From Angustibacter luteus (lineage in GTDB: Bacteria > Actinomycetota > Actinomycetes > Actinomycetales > Angustibacteraceae), in contig NZ_BAABFP010000002.1 of the NCBI RefSeq assembly GCF_039541115.1, positions 744,001 through 808,000 on the forward strand: a stretch of DNA of 64,000 nt. Direction: 5' to 3'. The notes under the pieces are model-generated. The model was given only the letters and a program-made list of their open reading frames with translations, was not told the origin of the DNA and searched no databases. Within the stretch, counting starts at the first letter, position 1. Every line of letters starts with the position of its first letter. Shown here one piece after another: positions 54,811 through 63,036 of this stretch. The position numbers and the translations under genes were made by a program.

Positions 54811-55952
54811 GCGAGTCCGCCCCGGTACGACGGACCCGCGGTCACCTGCACGACGGCCGCGAGATCATCTACTACGACGACAGCCACCCGTACGTCGACG
54901 GGACCGCGACCCGCGAGCTCACCGACACCCGCCCACCGGTCTCGCCGGAGCGAGCGGGGCAGATGCGGTACGACCCGCTCAGCGGGTCGTGGATCGCCAT
55001 CGCCACGCACCGGATGGACCGGGCGTACATGCCGCCGGCCGACGAGTGCCCGCTGTGCCCCACCGGCCGGGGAACGGAGCCGTCCGAGATCCCGGCCGAC
55101 GACTACGACGTGGTGGTCTTCGAGAACAAGTCACCCAGCTTCTCGACCCGGGTGGACGGCGTCCCGGGCGTCAGCACGCTCGTGGACGACGAGCCGCTGT
55201 GGCCGACCCTGCCGGCGTTCGGCCGGTGCGAGGTGCTCTGCTTCACCAGCGACCACGACTCGACCTTCTCCGACCTGACCGTCGCCCGGGCCCGCACGGT
55301 CGTCGAGACCTGGGTCGACCGCACCGTCGAGCTCGGCGCCATCGACGGCGTCGAGCAGGTGTTCTGCTTCGAGAACCGCGGCGCCGAGATCGGGGTGACG
55401 CTCACCCACCCGCACGGGCAGATCTACGCCTACCCGTGGGTGACCCCGCGGACCCAGCGCATCCTCACGCTGGCGACCGAGCACCGCGAGCGCACGGGCG
55501 GCAACCTGCTGCGCGACGTGCTCGACGCTGAGCTGCGCGCCGGCGAGCGCGTGGTCCTGTCGGGCCGACACTGGGCCGCGTACGTGCCGGCCGCCGCGCG
55601 CTGGCCGGTCGAGGTGCACCTGGCGCCGCTGCGCGACGTCCCCGACCTCCCGGCGCTGGACGGCGACGAGCGGGACGAGCTCGCCGAGATCTACCTGGAC
55701 CTCTTGCGCAGGCTCGACCGGTTCCACGTCGCCCCGGACGGCTCGGGCGTGCGGCTGCCGTACATCGCGGGCTGGCACCAGGCGCCGGTGAGCACCGGCC
55801 GCGACCTGGCCCGGCTGCACCTGCAGATCACCTCGGTGCTGCGCGCGCCCGGCAAGCTGAAGTACCTTGCGGGATCGGAGACGGGGATGGGCGCGTGGGT
55901 GAACGACGCGACACCCGAGCAGATCGCTGCGAGGTTGCGGGAGGTCGGGTGA
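54807..55952 (+). CDS. galT: Galactose-1-phosphate uridylyltransferase
   Basis: CPLCP, FENK, FENRGAEIGVTLTHPHGQ, KYLAGSE. Confidence 0.93.
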   Translation: MSESAPVRRTRGHLHDGREIIYYDDSHPYVDGTATRELTDTRPPVSPERAGQMRYDPLSGSWIAIATHRMDRAYMPPADECPLCPTGRGTEPSEIPADDYDVVVFENKSPSFSTRVDGVPGVSTLVDDEPLWPTLPAFGRCEVLCFTSDHDSTFSDLTVARARTVVETWVDRTVELGAIDGVEQVFCFENRGAEIGVTLTHPHGQIYAYPWVTPRTQRILTLATEHRERTGGNLLRDVLDAELRAGERVVLSGRHWAAYVPAAARWPVEVHLAPLRDVPDLPALDGDERDELAEIYLDLLRRLDRFHVAPDGSGVRLPYIAGWHQAPVSTGRDLARLHLQITSVLRAPGKLKYLAGSETGMGAWVNDATPEQIAARLREVG

Positions 55953-57163
55953 CGGGCGCGGTGCGCTGGTACCCGGTGCCCGACCTGGGGGCGCGCGCCG
56001 AGCAGGTGGCCGCCGCGTTCCAGCAGGCGTACGGCGCCCCGGCGACCGGGGTGTGGGCCGCTCCCGGCCGGGTCAACCTGATCGGCGAGCACACCGACTA
56101 CAACGGTGGCCTCTGCCTGCCGATCGCCTTGCCGCAGAGCACGTTGGCGGCGGCCCGGGCGACGGCCACCGGTCGCTTGCGGGTGCGGTCGGCCCAGCGC
56201 GCCGGGGAGCCCGTGGACGTCGCGCTCGACGACATCGCCCCGGGTCGGCCGGGCGGCTGGGGTGGGTACGTCGCCGGCGCGGTGGCGATGCTGGCGGCCG
56301 ATCCCGCGGCCGGACCGCTCGGCGGCCTGGACATCGTCGTCGACAGCGACGTGCCGGTGGGCTCCGGGCTGTCGTCGTCCGCCGCCCTGTCCTGCTCGGC
56401 CGTGCTGGCCGCCGCCGAGCTGGCCGGGCTGAGCTGGGCGGACGACGACGAGGGACGCGCGAGGCTCGTGCAGCTGGCCGTGCGCGGCGAGAACGTCATC
56501 GCCCAGGTGCCGTCCGGCGGGCTGGACCAGGCTGCCGCCCTGCACTGCGAGGCCGGGCACGCGCTGCTGCTGGACTGCGCGGACCACAGCCTCGAGCAGG
56601 TGCCGTTCGACGTCGCCGCCGACGGGCTCGCCCTGCTGGTGATGGACACCCGGGCCGAGCACACCCACTCGGGCAACGAGTACGCGGCGCGGCGGGCCGC
56701 GTGCGAGGAGGCCGCGCGCGAGCTCCGGGTCGAGACGTTGCGCGAGGTCGCCGACGACCCGGTCGAGGCGACCCTGGCCGCGCTCGACGAGCGAGAGCTG
56801 CGGCCGCTGGTCCGGCACGTGGTGACCGAGATCGACCGGGTGCGCCAGGTCTGCGCGTTGCTCGACGAGGGGCGGCTGCCGGACCTGGGCCCGCTGTTCG
56901 ACGCCTCGCACGCCTCGCTGCGCGACGACTACCGGGTGTCCGCGCCCGGGTTGGACGTGGCGGTCGAGGTCGCCCGTTCCGCGGGGGCGCTGGGTGCCCG
57001 GATGACCGGCGGTGGCTTCGGCGGGTCGGCGATCGCGCTGGTGCCGGTGGGGTCCGTGGACGACGTCGCGCTCGCCGTGCACGAGGCCTTCGTCGAGCGC
57101 GGCTGGGTCGAGCCGGCCTTCCTGCTCGCAGAGCCGTCGTCCCCCGGTCGCCGCCTGCGCTGA
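55949..57163 (+). CDS. galK: Galactokinase
   Basis: APGRVNLIGEHTDYN, PVGSGLSSSAA, GARMTGGGFGG. Confidence 0.95.
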   Translation: MTGAVRWYPVPDLGARAEQVAAAFQQAYGAPATGVWAAPGRVNLIGEHTDYNGGLCLPIALPQSTLAAARATATGRLRVRSAQRAGEPVDVALDDIAPGRPGGWGGYVAGAVAMLAADPAAGPLGGLDIVVDSDVPVGSGLSSSAALSCSAVLAAAELAGLSWADDDEGRARLVQLAVRGENVIAQVPSGGLDQAAALHCEAGHALLLDCADHSLEQVPFDVAADGLALLVMDTRAEHTHSGNEYAARRAACEEAARELRVETLREVADDPVEATLAALDERELRPLVRHVVTEIDRVRQVCALLDEGRLPDLGPLFDASHASLRDDYRVSAPGLDVAVEVARSAGALGARMTGGGFGGSAIALVPVGSVDDVALAVHEAFVERGWVEPAFLLAEPSSPGRRLR

Positions 57164-57189
57164 GGCCCCCGCTCGCAGGCAGCCCGCGC

Positions 57190-57552
57190 TCAGCGGGTGG
57201 CGAGGACGACGGCGAGGGCGAGGACCGCCGGCACCGTCTGCACCAGCAGGATCCGCCGGCTCACGGTCACCGCGCCGAACAGCCCCGCGACGGCCACGCA
57301 GGTCAGGAAGAACGTCTCGACCTGCCACTGCAACGGGTCACCGGCGAGCAGACCCCAGACCAGTCCGGCGACCAGGAACCCGTTGTACAGCCCTTGGTTC
57401 GCGGCCATCGCCGCCGTCTGCTCGGCGAACTCCTCGGTCGTCCCGAAGGCGGCGCGGCCCCGCGGCGTCCGCCAGAGCAGCATCTCCAGCACCACGATGT
57501 AGACGTGGATCAACGCCACCAGCGCGACGAGCACCTGCCCGAGTGCGTGCAC
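57190..57552 (-). CDS. DUF1304 membrane protein
   Basis: HVYIVVLEM..AANQGLYNGFL. Confidence 0.82.
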   Translation of the reverse strand: MHALGQVLVALVALIHVYIVVLEMLLWRTPRGRAAFGTTEEFAEQTAAMAANQGLYNGFLVAGLVWGLLAGDPLQWQVETFFLTCVAVAGLFGAVTVSRRILLVQTVPAVLALAVVLATR

Positions 57553-57597
57553 GGGCCGAGCATAGGCCCAGCCGGCTGCCTCGGGCAGGCACCCGGC

Positions 57598-57852
57598 TCA
57601 CCGCTGCGCCCGCAGCACCTCGAGCCGCGCCCGGTACTCGGACTCGTCGACCTCGCCGCGGGCGTACCGCTCCGCCAGCACCGCCTCAGCGGACCCGGCC
57701 GGCGACCAGCCCGGTCCGTAGCCGCGTCGGCGCCACGCCCACGGACGCACCACGAACAGCACCAGCACCCAGAAGCCGAAGAAGAACAGCGGGATCAGCG
57801 GGAACCAGAAGAACCCGTGCGTCCCGGGAGCACACACCGTGCCAGCCACCAT
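57598..57852 (-). CDS. Small membrane protein with a SHOCT domain
   Basis: TM segment then AEAVLAERYARGEVDESEYRAR. Confidence 0.78.
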   Translation of the reverse strand: MVAGTVCAPGTHGFFWFPLIPLFFFGFWVLVLFVVRPWAWRRRGYGPGWSPAGSAEAVLAERYARGEVDESEYRARLEVLRAQR

Positions 57853-57999
57853 CGGCCGACCTCCTTGTCTCGGACGACGGACCAGCCGTCGCACCGGCCA
57901 GCTCTGACCGGTGACCCGAGACTGCTCGCAAGGGCACTGCCTCGTCGTCCCGCTCTGGGCTGCTCCTGCCCTACTCCCCCAGGCGTACCGAGCCGCGCA

Positions 58000-58668
58000 C
58001 TAGCCCAGCCAGCCGGGCCGAACCAGGCCGGACTCGTACGCCAGGACGACGAGCTGGGCCCGGTCCCGGACGCCGAGCTTGACCATGGCCCTGCTCACGT
58101 GGGTCTTCGCGGTGGCCGGGCTCATCACCAGCCGGTCGGCGATCTCGGCGTTGCTGAGCCCCTCGCCGACCAGCGTGACGATCTCGCGCTCGCGCCCGGT
58201 CAGCCGGGCGACGTCCGGACGCTCGTGCGGCAACGGCTTCGCGCCGACCGCGACGTGCTCGATGAGCCGGCGGGTCACGGACGGCGAGAGCTGGGCGTCG
58301 CCGGCCGCGACCGCGCGCACGGCCTTGACCAGGTCGGCCGGCTCGGTGTCCTTGACCAGGAACCCGCTGGCCCCGACCCGCAACGCCTCGAACACGTACT
58401 CGTCCAGCTCGAAGGTGGTGAGCACGAGGACCCGGGTGCCGGACAGCTCGGGGTCCGCGGCGATCAGCCGGGTCGCGGCCAGACCGTCCAGCCCGGGCAT
58501 CCGGATGTCCATGAGGACGACGTCCGGGTGGGTGCGGCGCACCACGTCGAGTGCGGCCTCGCCGTCCGCCGCCTCACCAACGACCCGCAGGTCGGGCTCG
58601 GCGTCCAGCAACGCCCGGAACCCGGCGCGCACCAACGCCTGGTCGTCCGCCACCACCACGTCGATCAC
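58000..58668 (-). CDS. NarL/LuxR family response regulator
   Basis: ADDQALVR, LMDIRMP, FLVKD, LTGRERE..GLSNAEIA. Confidence 0.93.
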   Translation of the reverse strand: MIDVVVADDQALVRAGFRALLDAEPDLRVVGEAADGEAALDVVRRTHPDVVLMDIRMPGLDGLAATRLIAADPELSGTRVLVLTTFELDEYVFEALRVGASGFLVKDTEPADLVKAVRAVAAGDAQLSPSVTRRLIEHVAVGAKPLPHERPDVARLTGREREIVTLVGEGLSNAEIADRLVMSPATAKTHVSRAMVKLGVRDRAQLVVLAYESGLVRPGWLG

Positions 58669-59867
58669 GCGGGCACCTGCTCCGGTGTCAACGGGAAGCG
58701 GACGGCGACCCGCAGGCCGCCGCTCGGACGGACCGCGACGTCGACGGTGCCGCCCAGGGCCCGGGCCCGCTCCCGCATGCCCAGCAGCCCACGTCCTTCC
58801 GACACGGGCGCGCGCGCCGTCCCGTCATCGGACACCTCGACCTCCAGGGCGGCCGGCCCACGACGCAGCCGCACGGTCGCGGACGCCGCTCCGGCGTGCC
58901 GGCTGACGTTCGTCAGCGACTCCTGCACCACCCGGTAGGCGGCCGCCTGCACCGGCCCGGGCACCCCGATCGCCAGGTCCCCCACCGCTTCTGGCGCGAG
59001 GTCGACCTGCAGGCCACCCGCGCGGGCCTGCGCGACCAGCACCTTCACGTCGCCCAGCGCCGGCGCCGGGGTGCGCGGCACGTCACCCTCCGCGCGCAGC
59101 ACGGCCAGCACGGTGCGCACCTCCTCGAGGGCGTCCCGACTGGCGTCCCGGATGGCCGTCAACGCCGGCCGGGCCTGCTCGGGGTGCTCGTCCAGCAGGT
59201 GCAGCGCGACGCCGGCCTGGACGGCGATCAGCGACAGCGAGTGCCCGATGGTGTCGTGCAGGTCGCGGGCCAGGGCCAGCCGCTCCTCGCCCACCGCGGC
59301 CTCCTGCTCGGCGGCCCGGGCCCGGCGCGCTGCCGCGAACTGCTCGGCCCGGCGTCGCGGCAGCTCGCCCACCAGCAGCAGCACGAGCAACCAGGCGGCG
59401 GCCGCGAGCGCCGCGCCCAGCCCGACCGGGTGGTCGCTGACTGCACCGAGCCCCAGCGTCAGCGCGTACCCGCACCCCGCGACCAGCCAGGCCGCCACCC
59501 GCCGTCCGGACGCGACCGCGACCACCAGGGCCAGGCCCGCGCTCGCCACCACCGGCCCGCGCGGGTACCCCAGCCCCAGGTAGGTGGCGGCGGCGCCGAC
59601 CGCCACGGCCGCGACCGCCACCCGGTGCCGGGGCAGGACGAGCAGCGCCAACGGCCCCAGGGCGAGCAGCAGGTAGCCGGCCACGTCGAGCGCCCGGGCC
59701 TGCGGTTGCCGGGTGGCCGCCGCAGTGGAACCTCCGAGCTGGACGACGAGCAGGACCAGCGCCACCACCCGGGCGACCGCCCGCTGGCGGACGGCGCTGC
59801 CGGCCCACGGTGCACCCGCCCACGGTGCACCCGCCCACGGCGGCCCCCAGGTCGACACGTCACCCAT
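58665..59867 (-). CDS. Membrane sensor histidine kinase (HisKA_3)
   Basis: ERLALARDLHDTIGHSL, YRVVQESLTN, VSDDG, GRGLLGMRER; N-terminal PWAG repeated three times. Confidence 0.9.
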   Translation of the reverse strand: MGDVSTWGPPWAGAPWAGAPWAGSAVRQRAVARVVALVLLVVQLGGSTAAATRQPQARALDVAGYLLLALGPLALLVLPRHRVAVAAVAVGAAATYLGLGYPRGPVVASAGLALVVAVASGRRVAAWLVAGCGYALTLGLGAVSDHPVGLGAALAAAAWLLVLLLVGELPRRRAEQFAAARRARAAEQEAAVGEERLALARDLHDTIGHSLSLIAVQAGVALHLLDEHPEQARPALTAIRDASRDALEEVRTVLAVLRAEGDVPRTPAPALGDVKVLVAQARAGGLQVDLAPEAVGDLAIGVPGPVQAAAYRVVQESLTNVSRHAGAASATVRLRRGPAALEVEVSDDGTARAPVSEGRGLLGMRERARALGGTVDVAVRPSGGLRVAVRFPLTPEQVPA

Positions 59868-60017
59868 CCCGCGAACGTAGCGCGGCCGGCCCGCGAGCGG
59901 CATCCGCCGACGGGAGGCAGCGTTCCTACGACCCAGGGTGTATCTAACTCGCGACCGGACCGCTCTTTCCATCGACGAACCACGGCAGGGGGTCGTGGTT
60001 CCCCAAGGAGGAACGGC

Positions 60018-61091
60018 ATGCGCATCTCGAAGAAGACGACGATCGTCGCCTGGATGACCGCGGCTGCTGCGGTGACAGCCGTCGGCGTGGGGGGCACGCA
60101 GGCATCGGCGGCGTCCGGCAACGGCAAGGCCAAGCTCGCTCCGACGCACAGCAAGGCCCTCGCGGCCTCGAGCTCGCCGGACTACAAGGCGGCGCGGGCC
60201 GCGAAGGCCCCGGTCGCCACCAAGGCGTCGAAGGCGGCCCTGGCCACCGTGCAGGATCGCATCGCGAAGTACGTCGCGAAGAACGGCACCAGGTACACGT
60301 TCGGTTCGTACTCCGACCCGAAGACCGGCGCGCTCGTGCTCGACACCAACGCCCCGGCCAGCCTGGTGAAGTCGCTGACCAACCTGAAGACCGCCACCGC
60401 CGCCAAGAGCGTCGCCGGCCTGACCAGCGTCAAGGTCACGACCCACAAGGTCACGACGAACGACGCCTACCACCGCCGCGACGACGTCCCGGCCTTCTAC
60501 GGCGGCGGCGGACTGTCGGCCGAGGGCTTCCTGTGCTCGACCGGCTACACCGTGCAGAGCTCGACCGGAGCCCGGTGGATGGTCACCGCAGGTCACTGCT
60601 TCTCCAACGGCGCGAGCGTCAAGACCGAGTCCGGCGCGAACGTCGAGGGCACCGTGACGGCGCGCACGCTGGCCTCGCTCGGCGGCGGCCCCATCGACGT
60701 CGAGTTCCTCGCCGGCAAGTCGTACGCCGGCCGGATCTTCACCGGTGGCGTGACCAGCAGCACCAGCATCCCCGTGGTGGGTTCGGGCGCCGCGTACGTC
60801 GGCTACACGGACTACTGCCACAGCGGTCGGACCACCGGTGAGCAGTGCGGTCACACCGCGACCAGCGTCACCGCCCAGGTCTGCACCGCGACCGGCTGCA
60901 AGTCCCCGGTGATCGCCTACACCGGTGGCACCGTCCAGCAGGGCGGCGACTCCGGCGGCACGTTCTACGCCAAGAACTCCACCGGCGCGTGGATCCGCGG
61001 GCACGTCATCGCGGGCAACTCGGTCACCGGCTACATCGAGCCGTACACCGAGATCACCAAGCGCTGGGCCGTCACCGCCTCGCTGGGCTGA
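60018..61091 (+). CDS. Secreted S1 (alpha-lytic/streptogrisin-like) serine protease with pro-region
   Basis: RBS AAGGAGG; signal peptide; CSTGY, VTAGHC, CHSGRTTG, GDSGG. Confidence 0.88.
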   Translation: MRISKKTTIVAWMTAAAAVTAVGVGGTQASAASGNGKAKLAPTHSKALAASSSPDYKAARAAKAPVATKASKAALATVQDRIAKYVAKNGTRYTFGSYSDPKTGALVLDTNAPASLVKSLTNLKTATAAKSVAGLTSVKVTTHKVTTNDAYHRRDDVPAFYGGGGLSAEGFLCSTGYTVQSSTGARWMVTAGHCFSNGASVKTESGANVEGTVTARTLASLGGGPIDVEFLAGKSYAGRIFTGGVTSSTSIPVVGSGAAYVGYTDYCHSGRTTGEQCGHTATSVTAQVCTATGCKSPVIAYTGGTVQQGGDSGGTFYAKNSTGAWIRGHVIAGNSVTGYIEPYTEITKRWAVTASLG

Positions 61092-61130
61092 TCAACAGAT
61101 GGGCTGATCACCAGATGGGCTGATCACCAG
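61084..61130. repeat. 16-bp direct repeat TGGGCTGATCA(A/C)CAGA, three copies, starting over the protease stop
   Basis: Direct reading; third copy is 15 nt. Confidence 0.75.
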
Positions 61131-61146
61131 CACCACACGCTCGACC

Positions 61147-61180
61147 GGGACGCCCGGGGCCACACGGCTCCGGGCGTTCC
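61147..61180. terminator. Stem-loop between the protease gene and the xth remnant
   Basis: GGGACGCCCGGGGCC / GGCTCCGGGCGTTCC 15-bp stem with two G-U pairs. Confidence 0.6.
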
Positions 61181-61189
61181 CGCGCGCGC

Positions 61190-61336
61190 TCAGACGTCGT
61201 AGTCGACGACGACGGCGGCGTGGTCGCTCCACCGCTCGGCGTACGTCGCGGCCCGCCCGGCCTCGGCCTTCACTGCTCGGCCGGCCAGGGTGGCCGTCGC
61301 CAGCTGGTAGTCGATCCGCCAGCCCGAGTCGTTGTC
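61190..61336 (-). pseudogene. xth: Orphan 3' fragment (48 aa) of exodeoxyribonuclease III
   Basis: DNDSGWRIDYQLAT..AATYAERWSDHAAVVVDYDV*, carrying the ExoIII GWRIDY and SDH motifs; nothing ExoIII-like upstream of 61337. Confidence 0.85.
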
Positions 61337-61539
61337 CAGGGATCGCCGCTATATGTACACAACCACTACGAACGCGGCTGCCTGACCAGCATTTATCACG
61401 CTGTGTCACCAAACCTCGCGAACGCCGATAGATCGGCACACCAGTCACATCAGCACCACCGGAGCGCCTCGCCCGCTCGGTCTGACTCCGGCCAAACCTT
61501 GGCCCGACACGGCAGTTCTCGATCGCAATCGTCCGTGCA

Positions 61540-61561
61540 TGTCGGAGCTCGGGTCTACGTT
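61540..61561 (+). promoter_or_regulatory. RecA-NDp/PafBC-type promoter motif TGTCGG-N10-TACGTT, leaderless spacing to ATG 61568
   Basis: Exact pattern, 6 nt before the ATG; no Shine-Dalgarno. Confidence 0.65.
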
Positions 61562-61567
61562 GTTCGC

Positions 61568-62359
61568 ATGAGCGCCGGTCAGCTACTGGGTCGCGCGACG
61601 TCGAATACGTCTCGCGTTCTGGCAGGTATCCGCGACGCACTGGGACAGCAGGCGCCAGACCGCCTGGCATTGATGCTCTACGGCAGCGTCGCTCGCGGAA
61701 CGCAGGGCGACGACTCTGACATCGACGTCCTCGAATTGGTCTCCGGCGATGCAGCGACGTATCAGGTCGGAACCATCAACGTGACGCAGTACCGCCCTGC
61801 CCACCTCAGGGCTCTTGCCGCGCAGGGCAGCTTGTTCGTGTTGCATCTACGCACGGATGGCGTTGTCATCGAGGATCGGTTCGGACTGCTCACTCGGACA
61901 CTGGAAGCTTATGAGCGGCCGCTCACATACGCCCCAATATGGGACCAACTGGCGACCGCAGCAGGCGTGCTCGACGTCTCCGCTCACGATGTCCGCGGAT
62001 ACCTCCGCGGACTTGGCCGTCTCGGTGTCTATATCGCGCGCACCGCCGCATACCTTCGCAGCGTCGAGGCGGGCGAGGTCAACTTCGACATCGGCTTGCT
62101 CAGCCAACAACTCGACCAGCCTGGGCTCGCCGACGCAGTTGCTCTTCGCCGTCAGGCGACGTTCTCGCTCTCCGATATCGCAAAGCTGCGTCATGAGATC
62201 GAGCGCATCGTGCCAAACGTGCCAAGCGGCCCTATCGAATCCGTTGAGTCGTACGCCATCGCACATGCAGACCATGGGGAACTGGCAATGCTCATGGCCA
62301 CGGTGTTGACCGATGAAGACGAGCTGGAGTACAGCGCACTCACCCTCCCCCCGTTCTGA
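61568..62359 (+). CDS. Pol-beta superfamily nucleotidyltransferase (possibly HalB-like), 263 aa
   Basis: LYGSVARG..DSDIDVL (GS plus DxD); GSLFVLHLRTDG; helical C-terminal half ending EDELEYSALTLPPF. Confidence 0.8.
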   Translation: MSAGQLLGRATSNTSRVLAGIRDALGQQAPDRLALMLYGSVARGTQGDDSDIDVLELVSGDAATYQVGTINVTQYRPAHLRALAAQGSLFVLHLRTDGVVIEDRFGLLTRTLEAYERPLTYAPIWDQLATAAGVLDVSAHDVRGYLRGLGRLGVYIARTAAYLRSVEAGEVNFDIGLLSQQLDQPGLADAVALRRQATFSLSDIAKLRHEIERIVPNVPSGPIESVESYAIAHADHGELAMLMATVLTDEDELEYSALTLPPF

Positions 62360-63036
62360 TGCGTGAACGGATCGCGGTCGTCGGTGACGTCCACGGCAAC
62401 GCTCGGGCGTTGGCGCGAGCCTTCGAGTGGCTTGAGACTTGGGACGGATTGGTGATCTTCGTCGGGGATTACGTAAACCGTGGCCCGGCATCGCGCGAAG
62501 TCGTCGATCACTTGATCCTCGCCAAGGACGCACTCGGCGAGCGCTTGGTGCTCCTGCGTGGCAATCACGACCAAGTGCTGCTGGACTTCATTTCGGGCGA
62601 GAGCCCACGCCGACTGCTTTCGCATGGCGGCCTGACCACCGTCAGCAGCTACCTGAAGGGTACGGAGGCTCAGGCGAGCATTGAGACTTTTCGCGAAACC
62701 TTTCCCGACGGGCATCTACGTCTCCTAGGCGACACAGGGACGCACTTCGAGACCGACGAGATGCTGGTGTCGCATGCCGGCTATAACCCTGACAGACCAA
62801 CAAGTAGGAGGTCAGAAGACTTGGCCTTGGGACGGCATCATGGGATCTTTTCCCGAGGCGCTACTGCACCAAAGGCGCTCATCATCTGCGGCCACTACAT
62901 CCAGAGGGGGATGAAGCCGTTCGAGTCGAGGAACCTGATATGCCTTGACACCGGAAGCGGCACGACCGCGGGGGCTCCGCTGACGTTGGTCACGCTGCCA
63001 GATCGCAACTTCTACCAATTCTACGGAGAGACATGA
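62359..63036 (+). CDS. Calcineurin-like metallophosphoesterase (PPP/ApaH-like)
   Basis: GDVHG, GDYVNRG, LRGNHD, SHAG, CGHY, LDTG; TGATG coupling. Confidence 0.9.
   Translation: MRERIAVVGDVHGNARALARAFEWLETWDGLVIFVGDYVNRGPASREVVDHLILAKDALGERLVLLRGNHDQVLLDFISGESPRRLLSHGGLTTVSSYLKGTEAQASIETFRETFPDGHLRLLGDTGTHFETDEMLVSHAGYNPDRPTSRRSEDLALGRHHGIFSRGATAPKALIICGHYIQRGMKPFESRNLICLDTGSGTTAGAPLTLVTLPDRNFYQFYGET

Noticed and set aside
61084..61130. Possible mini-CRISPR array
   Set aside because: Repeats are contiguous with no spacers, only 16 bp long, and no cas genes are present.
61220..61567. N-terminal extension of the NTase in the ORF track (379 aa)
   Set aside because: It crosses the xth remnant and the junction; the promoter motif supports ATG 61568.
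61568..62359. CBASS CD-NTase or MNT-HEPN toxin-antitoxin
   Set aside because: Short for a typical CD-NTase with no Cap2/Cap3/SAVED neighbours in view; too long for a minimal MNT, with no adjacent HEPN RxxxxH gene.
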